Origin: Reyranella sp.
Lineage (GTDB): Bacteria; Pseudomonadota; Alphaproteobacteria; Reyranellales; Reyranellaceae
Assembly (NCBI GenBank): GCA_021732965.1
Contig: JAKFVZ010000270.1
Coordinates: forward strand, 1 to 33,679
Reading direction: 5' to 3'
Length of the DNA stretch: 33,679 bases
Position numbers and translations under genes: made by a program. Shown in pieces: positions 17,599 through 26,330 of the stretch. The notes below the pieces were generated by a model. That model was not told the origin of the DNA and did no database searches. It was given only the letters and a program-made list of their open reading frames with translations. How positions within the stretch are numbered: the first letter of the stretch is position 1; each line of letters starts with the position of its first letter.

Positions 17599-18402
17599 TC
17601 AACGACCGAGCCATGGCGGGCTTGGTTCGATCGACGAAGTCTCCGGATGAGCAGCAAGTTCATCGGTCTCGGCGCACTCTGCATCCGACAAGACATGATC
17701 CGCCGCGGTTGCCTGCCGCCACGTGTCCCACGCCGACGTCTCGCGCCCGTTCACCGAATGATGGTCGCGCACGACGTTGACGCGCACGAACCACAGGCCG
17801 CTTGCCTGCTCGCCATGGCCGAAGGCTTCCGGATTGGCAGCCCCTGAACGGCAGCGCCGCCAGGCCTCGCCGGCGGTGATGAACTTGTCGTCCGGCAGAT
17901 CGGTGAGATCGAAGTCGATGCCGAGACTTGCCGCGATGACACCGTCGAGCTGGGCGTCGGCGCGGCGCCAGCGACCCTCCCGCCAGTACTCGCAGATCCA
18001 GTGATCCTCCCACGCCCGGCGGAAGTAGGTCGCGAAGCCGCAACGCACGCGCGCCGGCACGCCTTGCTGGCGCAGCATACCGCACAGCATCAACGCATAA
18101 TCGCGGCAGGTGCCGACCGCGCGCCGATCGAGCGCTCGCTCCACCGTCAGCGCTGCACCATCGAGTTCGGCGATCTGCCTGAGCCGGCCAGCCAGCGGCA
18201 GCGTCTCGCGCGACACCGTCCGGAACTGCGCTTCGCTCACACCATAGGCTGCGAGCCAATCCGAATGGATCAGCACGCCCTGCACAACGCGGCAGAGCAA
18301 TCCGACGTCGAGGGGCAGTCCGTCGAAGGTCAACATTCCGTCGCCGGGCGCCGACATCGGCCCGTGTGAGCGCCAGCGGTCAGGGCTTTCCATGGTCGTC
18401 AT
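17599..18402 (-). CDS. Transglutaminase-like domain protein
   Basis: Cys-His-Asp triad pattern GTCRDY...GVPARVRCGF...DHWICEYW...WRRADAQ. Start uncertain (18411, 18402 or 18393). Confidence 0.8.
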   Translation of the reverse strand: MTTMESPDRWRSHGPMSAPGDGMLTFDGLPLDVGLLCRVVQGVLIHSDWLAAYGVSEAQFRTVSRETLPLAGRLRQIAELDGAALTVERALDRRAVGTCRDYALMLCGMLRQQGVPARVRCGFATYFRRAWEDHWICEYWREGRWRRADAQLDGVIAASLGIDFDLTDLPDDKFITAGEAWRRCRSGAANPEAFGHGEQASGLWFVRVNVVRDHHSVNGRETSAWDTWRQATAADHVLSDAECAETDELAAHPETSSIEPSPPWLGR

Positions 18403-18418
18403 GCCGACCATGGTAGCA
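18390..18418 (-). promoter_or_regulatory. Extended -10 candidate overlapping a 9-bp inverted repeat over the start codons
   Basis: Minus strand TGCTACCAT (TGnTAnnnT) at 18418-18410; CCATGGTCG-GCATGA-CGACCATGG at 18413-18390. Confidence 0.4.
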
Positions 18419-18438
18419 GGTTCAGCCGGAAGCGGCGC

Positions 18439-19524
<1,086 letters not shown>

Positions 19525-19553
19525 GGAGCCCTCCTCGACTATGGGCTCCCGGC

Positions 19554-19570
19554 AGCAAGCGGCATGCCAG
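19554..19570 (-). promoter_or_regulatory. sigma54 (-24/-12) promoter of rutA
   Basis: Minus strand CTGGCATGCCGCTTGCT: GG-N10-GC, near-consensus YTGGCAC-N5-TTGCW, about 30 nt upstream of the rutA ATG. Confidence 0.8.
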
Positions 19571-19571
19571 C

Positions 19572-20123
19572 CTAGGCGTCGGCCACGAGTCTCCTCAGCC
19601 CGGAATCGTGCAGGGTCGTGTCCTGGCCCGGCGGGGCCGTGCGCACGGCATCCTCCAGGGTCATGGTCTGGCGCCATTCCTCGGCCGGCCGGGCGCGGTC
19701 GTCGGAGCCGATCTGGTCGACCCCCCAGTAGAGTTCGAGATGGTGGCCGTCGGGATCGAGGAACTCGACCGAGACCTGGCAGCCGGCGCGGCGGCGGCCC
19801 TGGTAGACGATCTCGACGCCGTGCGCCTTCAGGTGATCACGGGCACGGAATACCTCGTCGAGCGTGGCCAGCTCGAAGGCCAGGTGATGCAGCGTGCGCG
19901 CGCTCGCCCCGGTGGCCGGCGCGCCACCGACCAGCGCCAGGCAATGATGGTCGCCGTTGGAGCGCAGGAACACCATGCCGCCGGGCATCATGGAACCGGG
20001 ATAGACGTCGGAAACCTTGAAGCCCAGCACGTCGGTGTAGAAGTGCCGCGAGCGGTCGAGGTCGGCGACGTTCACGACCGCATGGCCGAGCTTCTGGACC
20101 TTGAACGGCAAACCCTGGGGCAT
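19572..20123 (-). CDS. VOC-family (glyoxalase/extradiol dioxygenase-like) single-domain protein
   Basis: [10 protein letters not shown]...[22 protein letters not shown] and [12 protein letters not shown] motifs. Confidence 0.88.
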   Translation of the reverse strand: MPQGLPFKVQKLGHAVVNVADLDRSRHFYTDVLGFKVSDVYPGSMMPGGMVFLRSNGDHHCLALVGGAPATGASARTLHHLAFELATLDEVFRARDHLKAHGVEIVYQGRRRAGCQVSVEFLDPDGHHLELYWGVDQIGSDDRARPAEEWRQTMTLEDAVRTAPPGQDTTLHDSGLRRLVADA

Positions 20124-20190
20124 GAACGGCTACCTTTCCGTGCGGGGCTCGGTCATCATGCGCCCAACGAATCGAAAGGGGAACGAGCGC

Positions 20191-21465
20191 ATGGCGAAAT
20201 CGCCCAACAAGCTGTCGGCGAGCGAAGCGATCCTGCGCATGTCGCAGAAGCGCCTGAAGGCGCGCGAACTCGTCGAAGCCTGTCTCGACCGGATCGAGCT
20301 TCGCGAGGGACAGGTCCACGCTTGGGAGGCGCTCGACGCCGACGGCGCCCGCAAGCGCGCCGACATGCTCGACAAGCGTGCCCGGCCCGTGGGCCCCCTG
20401 CACGGCATCCCGCTGGCCGTGAAGGACATCATCTCGACGAAGACGATGCCGACCACCTGCGGCTCGCCGATCTACCGCGACCATGTCGCCGGCCGTGACG
20501 CCGCCTGCGTGACCCAGCTTGTGAACGCCGGCGCCATCGTGCTGGGCAAGTCGGTGACGACGGAATTCGCCGGCGCCCATGCCGGCAAGACGCACAATCC
20601 GCACAATCTGCGCCACACACCGGCCGGCTCCTCCTCGGGCTCGGCCGCCGCCGTCGCCGATACGATGGTGCCCATCGGCTACGGCACGCAGACCTCGGGC
20701 TCGGTGATCCGTCCCGGCGCCTTCAACGGTATCGTCGCCTACAAGGGCACCTATGGCTGGGCCGACACGACAGGCATCAAGACCTACGCGAAGAGCCTCG
20801 ACACGCTGGGCTTCTTCACCCGCACGGCCAACGACCTGGCGCTGATCCGCGCCGCCTACGGCCATGCCCCGGCCGATCCGCCCCTCCACGCGCCGCGCAT
20901 CGGCCTGTGCCGCACCCTGTGGTGGGACCAGGCCGAGTCGTACAACAGGAAGAACATCGAGCTTGCCGCCCGAACCTTGCGGGCCGGCGGCGCCAAGGTG
21001 CGCGACTGGGACATGCCCGAGAGCTGGGGGCCGCTCATCACCGCGCACAACCGGGTCATGACCAAGGAGGCGACCCAGCACTATGGGCCGGAACGTGCCC
21101 GCTTCCCCCATCTCCTGTCGCCCAGCCTGACGGCGAGCCTCGAGGTGGGCGACAGCGTCACCTCAGCCCAGCTCGCCGATGCAAAGAAGCGCAAGCGCCG
21201 GGCGTTGGCCGATCTCACACAGGTGTGGGAGCGCTTTGACTTCCTGCTCGCTCCTGCCGCCCGCGGCGAGGCACCGGCGGGTCTCGGCTACACCGGCGAT
21301 CCGATCTTCAACCGCTTCTGGACCCTTTTGGGCACGCCCTGCATTGCCCTGCCCTTCAATGCCGGACCGTTTGGCCTGCCGCTGTCGGTGCAGTTGATCG
21401 CGCCGCTGCGGAACGACGACCAGCTCATTGCCTGGGCGCGCTGGGTGGAGGCCCGCCTCTCGTGA
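20191..21465 (+). CDS. Amidase signature family enzyme
   Basis: GPLHGIPLAVKD, PAGSSSGSAAAVA and GTQTSGSVIRPG (Lys-Ser-Ser triad); ATG 20191. Confidence 0.92.
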   Translation: MAKSPNKLSASEAILRMSQKRLKARELVEACLDRIELREGQVHAWEALDADGARKRADMLDKRARPVGPLHGIPLAVKDIISTKTMPTTCGSPIYRDHVAGRDAACVTQLVNAGAIVLGKSVTTEFAGAHAGKTHNPHNLRHTPAGSSSGSAAAVADTMVPIGYGTQTSGSVIRPGAFNGIVAYKGTYGWADTTGIKTYAKSLDTLGFFTRTANDLALIRAAYGHAPADPPLHAPRIGLCRTLWWDQAESYNRKNIELAARTLRAGGAKVRDWDMPESWGPLITAHNRVMTKEATQHYGPERARFPHLLSPSLTASLEVGDSVTSAQLADAKKRKRRALADLTQVWERFDFLLAPAARGEAPAGLGYTGDPIFNRFWTLLGTPCIALPFNAGPFGLPLSVQLIAPLRNDDQLIAWARWVEARLS

Positions 21466-22232
21466 AATTGGGACTGATCGGCTACGGCGCCATCAGCAAG
21501 CATGTCGAAGCCGCTGGCCTCGAGAACATCGACCTGGTCTCCGTCCTGGTGCGCCGGCCGCGACAGGAAGGCGTGCTGACCCACGAGCCCGACCGGTTCT
21601 TCGCCCATGACTTCGATGCCGTGGCCGAGTGCGCCGGGCACGAGGCGGTCCGCACCTACGGCCAGCGAGTGCTCGAGAGTGGCGCGGACTTCCTGGTGAC
21701 CTCCGTTCGCGCCTTCACCGACACCGCCCTGTTCGACCGGCTGCTGGCCGCCGCCAAGGCAAGCGGCACGCGGCTCATCCTGCCGTCGGGCGGCATCGGC
21801 GCGCTCGACATCCTGAGCAGCGCCGCGGTCGGCGGGCTGGATAGCGTCACGGTGACAGTGCGCAAGGATCCGTCGGCCTGGAAAGGCACGATCGCGGAGA
21901 CCCTGGTCGACCTCGACGCGCTGACGGCGCCGCACACGGTGTTCGACGGGCCGGTGCGCGAGGGCGCACGCCTCTATCCGCAGAACGTCAACATCTCCGC
22001 CGCCGCCGCGATCGCCGGGCTTGGTCTGGACAGGACGCGCGTCGTCATCGTGGCCGATCCCACCATCACCACGCACATCGTCGAGCTGGAAGCCAAGGGC
22101 GCGTTCGGCCGCTTCACTTTCATGGAGGACGTGACCGTCAGCGAGGAGAACCGCAAGACCGGCAAGCTGGTCGCCATGGCGATGGTGAAGTCGGTGCGGC
22201 AGCTGGCGTCGACACTAGTGGTTGCCGCGTAA
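21462..22232 (+). CDS. L-aspartate dehydrogenase-like (NadX family) protein
   Basis: LIGYGAIS, VAECAGH, PSGGIGALD, FDGPVREGARLYPQNVN and NRKT motifs; GTGA overlap with the amidase. Confidence 0.85.
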   Translation: MKLGLIGYGAISKHVEAAGLENIDLVSVLVRRPRQEGVLTHEPDRFFAHDFDAVAECAGHEAVRTYGQRVLESGADFLVTSVRAFTDTALFDRLLAAAKASGTRLILPSGGIGALDILSSAAVGGLDSVTVTVRKDPSAWKGTIAETLVDLDALTAPHTVFDGPVREGARLYPQNVNISAAAAIAGLGLDRTRVVIVADPTITTHIVELEAKGAFGRFTFMEDVTVSEENRKTGKLVAMAMVKSVRQLASTLVVAA

Positions 22233-22267
22233 CGAAAAGCCACCTTCACAAGAGGGGGAGGAAACAA

Positions 22268-23866
22268 ATGGAAGAGTTCGACTACGTCATCGTGGGTGCC
22301 GGCGCGGCGGGCTGCGTGCTGGCCAATCGCCTCTCGGCTTCGGGCAAGAACACGGTCGCGGTGATCGAGGCCGGCGGCAAGGACAACCATATCTGGATCA
22401 AGGTCCCGGCCGGCTTCAACAAGACGGTCTACAACGAGAATCTCAACTGGGGCTACGAGACCGCACCCGGCCCGCACATCGACGGCCGCAAGATAAGATT
22501 TCCGCGTGGAAAGGTGCTGGGCGGCTCGGGCTCGATCAACGGCCATCTCTATGTGCGCGGCCAGTCGGCCGACTACGACACCTGGGCGCAGCTCGGCTGC
22601 CGCGGCTGGTCGTGGGACGACTTGCTGCCCTACTTCAAGCGCGCCGAGAGCCGCGTCGGCGGCAGCGACGAGACGCGCGGCCGCACCGGTCCGCTCGTCA
22701 TCGAGGACCAGCGCGACCCGCACGTGCTGAGCGACGCCTTCATGGATGCCAACGAAGCGCTCGGGCTGAAGCGCTCGCCCGACTACAACAGCGGCGACCA
22801 GGAAGGCACGCTGCTCTACCAGAACATGATGAAGGGCGGCCGGCGCTGGAGCCCGGTCGACGCCTATCTGCGCCCCGCGATGGGCCGCGCGAACCTCAAG
22901 GTCATCACCCACGCGCTGGTCGAGCGCATCGACCTCGAGGGCAGGAAGGCCGTCGGCATCACCTATCGACAGGGAGGTCAGTCGAAGCAGGTCCGCGCCC
23001 GCCGCGACGTGATCCTGAGCGGCGGCGCCATCAACACGCCGCAGCTGCTGCAGCTCTCCGGCATCGGCAACGCCGACGACCTGCGCGACATCGGCGTGGC
23101 CGCGAAGCATGTCCTGCCGGGCGTCGGCCGCAACTTCCGCGACCATTACGCCGTGCGCGTTTCGGCGCTGGTGAAGGGCGCGGGCTCGCTGAACGAGAAG
23201 AGCCGCGGCCTGCCGCTGGTGGCTGAGGTGCTGCGCTATGCCTTCACGCGCAAGGGCCTGCTGACCGCCGCACCCAGCCATGCCGGCGGCTACTTCAAGA
23301 CGCGGCCAGGCCTCGCAACGCCCGACATGCAGCTCTACTTCGCACCGGCCAGTTACATGCCCGGCCGCTACGGCACCTCGGAACTCGACCGCGTGCCCGG
23401 CATGACGCTGGGCGTCTCGCAGCTCCGGCCCGAGAGCACCGGCCACGTCAAGGCGACGACCGCAGATCCGACAGCCAAGCCCGAGATTCAGCCCAACTAT
23501 CTCGCCGTCCAGCATGACCGCGACGCGCTGCTGGCGGCGATGAAGTACCTGCGCAAGCTGCTCGCCACGCCGCCGCTCAACGGCTTCGTGGTCGAGGAGA
23601 ACCTGCCGGGACCGGCGGTGCAGACCGACGAGCAATGGATGGCGCATGCCCGCGCCACCGGCTCGACGACCTATCACCCGGTCGGTACCGCCAAGCTCGG
23701 CACCGACCCGATGGCCGTGGTCGATCCGCTCAGCATGCGCGTGATCGGCCTAGAAGGCCTTCGCGTCGCCGACGCCTCGTGCATGCCGACGATGGTCTCG
23801 GGCAACACCTACGCCGCCACGAATGCCATCGCGGAGAAGGCGAGCGATCTCATCCCGGCGACATAG
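22268..23866 (+). CDS. GMC-family oxidoreductase (choline dehydrogenase-like)
   Basis: DYVIVGAGAAG, PRGKVLGGSGSING, TPQLLQLSGIG, YHPVGT and LRVADAS.MP..VSGNT motifs. Confidence 0.93.
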   Translation: MEEFDYVIVGAGAAGCVLANRLSASGKNTVAVIEAGGKDNHIWIKVPAGFNKTVYNENLNWGYETAPGPHIDGRKIRFPRGKVLGGSGSINGHLYVRGQSADYDTWAQLGCRGWSWDDLLPYFKRAESRVGGSDETRGRTGPLVIEDQRDPHVLSDAFMDANEALGLKRSPDYNSGDQEGTLLYQNMMKGGRRWSPVDAYLRPAMGRANLKVITHALVERIDLEGRKAVGITYRQGGQSKQVRARRDVILSGGAINTPQLLQLSGIGNADDLRDIGVAAKHVLPGVGRNFRDHYAVRVSALVKGAGSLNEKSRGLPLVAEVLRYAFTRKGLLTAAPSHAGGYFKTRPGLATPDMQLYFAPASYMPGRYGTSELDRVPGMTLGVSQLRPESTGHVKATTADPTAKPEIQPNYLAVQHDRDALLAAMKYLRKLLATPPLNGFVVEENLPGPAVQTDEQWMAHARATGSTTYHPVGTAKLGTDPMAVVDPLSMRVIGLEGLRVADASCMPTMVSGNTYAATNAIAEKASDLIPAT

Positions 23867-23892
23867 ACTCTTACGATTCGCGACCACCAACA

Positions 23893-24002
23893 CCTCATCC
23901 TGAGGAGCCGCGCGGAGCGCGGCGTCTCGAAGGATGGGCAACAGACATCGTGCGCGTGCCCATGCTTCGAGACGGCCGCTTTGCGGCCTCCTCAGCATGA
24001 GG
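23893..24002. repeat. REP-doublet-like palindromic element, copy 3
   Basis: CCTCATCCTGAGGAG...CGTCTCGAAGGATGGGCA...TGCCCATGCTTCGAGACG...CTCCTCAGCATGAGG; side hairpins GCCGCGC-GGA-GCGCGGC and GGCCGC-TTT-GCGGCC. Confidence 0.9.
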
Positions 24003-24025
24003 GCTCTTGTGAAGAGCGACCGGGC

Positions 24026-25165
24026 TCACACGTACCCCGGTCCCTCGATGACCGGGTGGGCGATCAGGAAGTCCTCGTCGATCTCGACGCCGATGCCGGG
24101 CTTGTCGAGTGGGCGTACGTTTCCGTCCTTGCCGATCTCCCACGGCGCGCTGCCCAGCTCGTCGCGGAACTTGTTGGCCACGGAGAGATCGGCCTCGAAG
24201 TAACCGCCATTGTCGATCGACGCGAGGAAGTGGATCGACACGGCATGGTTCAGCCCGGTCATCGAGCTGTGCGGATGGATCGGCAGCTTCCACATCGACG
24301 CCGCCGCCGCGATGCGCTGCACCTCGGTGATGCCGCCGCTCTTCGACAGGTCGGGCTGCAGGATCGAGATGTTGCCGTCCTCGATCAGCCGGTGGAACTC
24401 GAAGCGCGTATAATGGTTCTCGCCGGCGGCCAGCGGCGTCACGCCCCAGCCCTTGGCCATCGCATAGGAGCGATGGTCGTGCGCCGGGAACGGCTCCTCC
24501 AGCCAGGAGATGCCCAGCTCGTCCATCGCCGGCATCACGCGGCGCACATCCTCGACCGTGTAGCCGGTGTTAGCGTCAGTCAGCAGCACCATGTCGTCGC
24601 CGAAGCGCTTGCGCACCGCCGTCATGCGGGCGATGTCGTTCTTCACACTGTCGCCGACCCTCAGCTTCAGGGCCTTGTAGCCCGCCGCGACCATCGGCCC
24701 GGCCTCGTCGGCCAGCGATTCCGGCGCCTGGTAGCCCAGCGAAATGCCGCCGGCATAGGCCGGCACCGGCTTGTTGGAACCGCCCAGGAGCTTGTAGAGC
24801 GGCCATCCCACCGCCTTGCCCTTGATGTCCCACAGCGCCTGGTCGAGGCCGCTCATCGCCATCGCGGTGGCCGCGCCCATGCCGTGGCTGCCGAGCTGGA
24901 ACTTGTAGATCTTCGCCCAGATGCCGACCGTGTCGGTCGCATCCATGCCGACCACGAAGCCCTTCAGGGTCGTGTTGATCAGGTGGCCGATGCTCCCCGG
25001 CGAGCGCGCATGATGGCTCTCGCCCCAGCCCACGATGCCGTCCTCGGTCGTCACCTTCACCATCACGCAGTCGCGCTTGGTCATGGTGCCGATGCCGAGC
25101 GAAACCTGCAGCTCCTTCGGCACGCGATAGCTGGTCGGATAGGCCTTTACGTCGACGATCTTCAT
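24026..25165 (-). CDS. Mandelate racemase/muconate lactonizing enzyme family protein (KxR type)
   Basis: GWGE, ALWDIKGK, ALKLRVG, metal ligands TDAN/WLEEP/AGEN, LQPD, IHPH and PGIGVE motifs. Confidence 0.92.
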   Translation of the reverse strand: MKIVDVKAYPTSYRVPKELQVSLGIGTMTKRDCVMVKVTTEDGIVGWGESHHARSPGSIGHLINTTLKGFVVGMDATDTVGIWAKIYKFQLGSHGMGAATAMAMSGLDQALWDIKGKAVGWPLYKLLGGSNKPVPAYAGGISLGYQAPESLADEAGPMVAAGYKALKLRVGDSVKNDIARMTAVRKRFGDDMVLLTDANTGYTVEDVRRVMPAMDELGISWLEEPFPAHDHRSYAMAKGWGVTPLAAGENHYTRFEFHRLIEDGNISILQPDLSKSGGITEVQRIAAAASMWKLPIHPHSSMTGLNHAVSIHFLASIDNGGYFEADLSVANKFRDELGSAPWEIGKDGNVRPLDKPGIGVEIDEDFLIAHPVIEGPGYV

Positions 25166-25168
25166 CGC

Positions 25169-26308
25169 TCAGCCCACCTTGTACTTTTTCAGGACCTCGC
25201 GATCGATCTCGATGCCGAGGCCCGGACCCGTCGGGACCTTCACGATGCCCTTCTTCTGCTCGATCGGCTCCTGCGCCAGGTGATCGCGCAGCGGGTTGGG
25301 CGTCTGCTCGAACTCGAGCATCGGCGGCATCGGGCGGAAGGCCGGCGGCTGGTCCGGCAAGGCGGCGAGAAACTGCACGGTCGCGGCGAGCCCGATGGCC
25401 GAACCCCAGGCATGCGGTACGCATTCGACGCCGAAGGCCGAGGCCAGCGTCGCGATCTTGCGGCACTCCGAGAAGCCGCCGGCGGCGCAGAGATCGGGCT
25501 GCACGATGTCCATCGCCTTGCGCGCGATGACGTCGCGGAAGCCCCAGCGCGTGAAGTCGTTCTCGCCGCCGGCCACCGCCATGTCGAGGGCGCGCGTCAC
25601 CTCGATGTAGCCGTCATGGTCCTCGGGGCTGATCGGCTCCTCGAACCACAGGATGTCGCGCTCCTCCAGCATGCGGCCGAGCTTGATGGCGTTGGGAACC
25701 GAGAAGCAGTGGTTGGCGTCGACCGCGAGCTTCACGTCCGGGCCGATCGCCTCGCGCACGGCGGCGACGCGCTTCGCGTCGAGTTTGAGATCGCCCAGAC
25801 CGATCTTCATCTTGATCGCCTGGAAGCCGGCATGCTTGAACTCGAGCGCCTCCTCGACCGCCTCCTCGACGAGCCGGTTCATGTCGATGAAGTAGAGGCC
25901 GGTCGCGTAGGGAATGACCTCGCTGCGATAGGCGCCGCCGATCAGCTTGTGGACCGGCTTGTTCACGGCGCGACCCATGATGTCCCACAGCGCGATGTCG
26001 ATCCCGGAGATGGCCGAGATCGCCATGCCGGTCGTGCCGTAATCCTTGATCCTGTTGTAGAGGTCTTCCCAGATCGCCTCGACATCGAAGGGATCGCGGC
26101 CGACCACGCGCGCCTTGAACTGCGTCTCGACGAAGGTCTTGGCGACGGCGGCCGGCCCGTAGCACTCGCCCCAGCCGGTAATGCCCTCGTCCGTCGAGAT
26201 CTCGACCAGGCAGGTCGAGCGCGTGCCATAGACCCAGCCGCGCGCCGAGACGAACGGCTTGTCGACCTTGCAGCTCAGGATGTGGCAGACGACGTCCGTC
26301 ACCTTCAT
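25169..26308 (-). CDS. Mandelate racemase-subgroup enzyme, D-galactarolactone cycloisomerase-like (KxK type)
   Basis: GWGECYGP, SGIDIALWD, YATG, IKMKIG, VDANH, WFEEP, GGEN, QPDLC..GGFSE, VPHAWG and LEFEQTPNP motifs. Resemblance to Gci is from recall, not alignment. Confidence 0.88.
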   Translation of the reverse strand: MKVTDVVCHILSCKVDKPFVSARGWVYGTRSTCLVEISTDEGITGWGECYGPAAVAKTFVETQFKARVVGRDPFDVEAIWEDLYNRIKDYGTTGMAISAISGIDIALWDIMGRAVNKPVHKLIGGAYRSEVIPYATGLYFIDMNRLVEEAVEEALEFKHAGFQAIKMKIGLGDLKLDAKRVAAVREAIGPDVKLAVDANHCFSVPNAIKLGRMLEERDILWFEEPISPEDHDGYIEVTRALDMAVAGGENDFTRWGFRDVIARKAMDIVQPDLCAAGGFSECRKIATLASAFGVECVPHAWGSAIGLAATVQFLAALPDQPPAFRPMPPMLEFEQTPNPLRDHLAQEPIEQKKGIVKVPTGPGLGIEIDREVLKKYKVG

Positions 26309-26330
26309 CTTCGTTTCCTCCGAATTTTTG

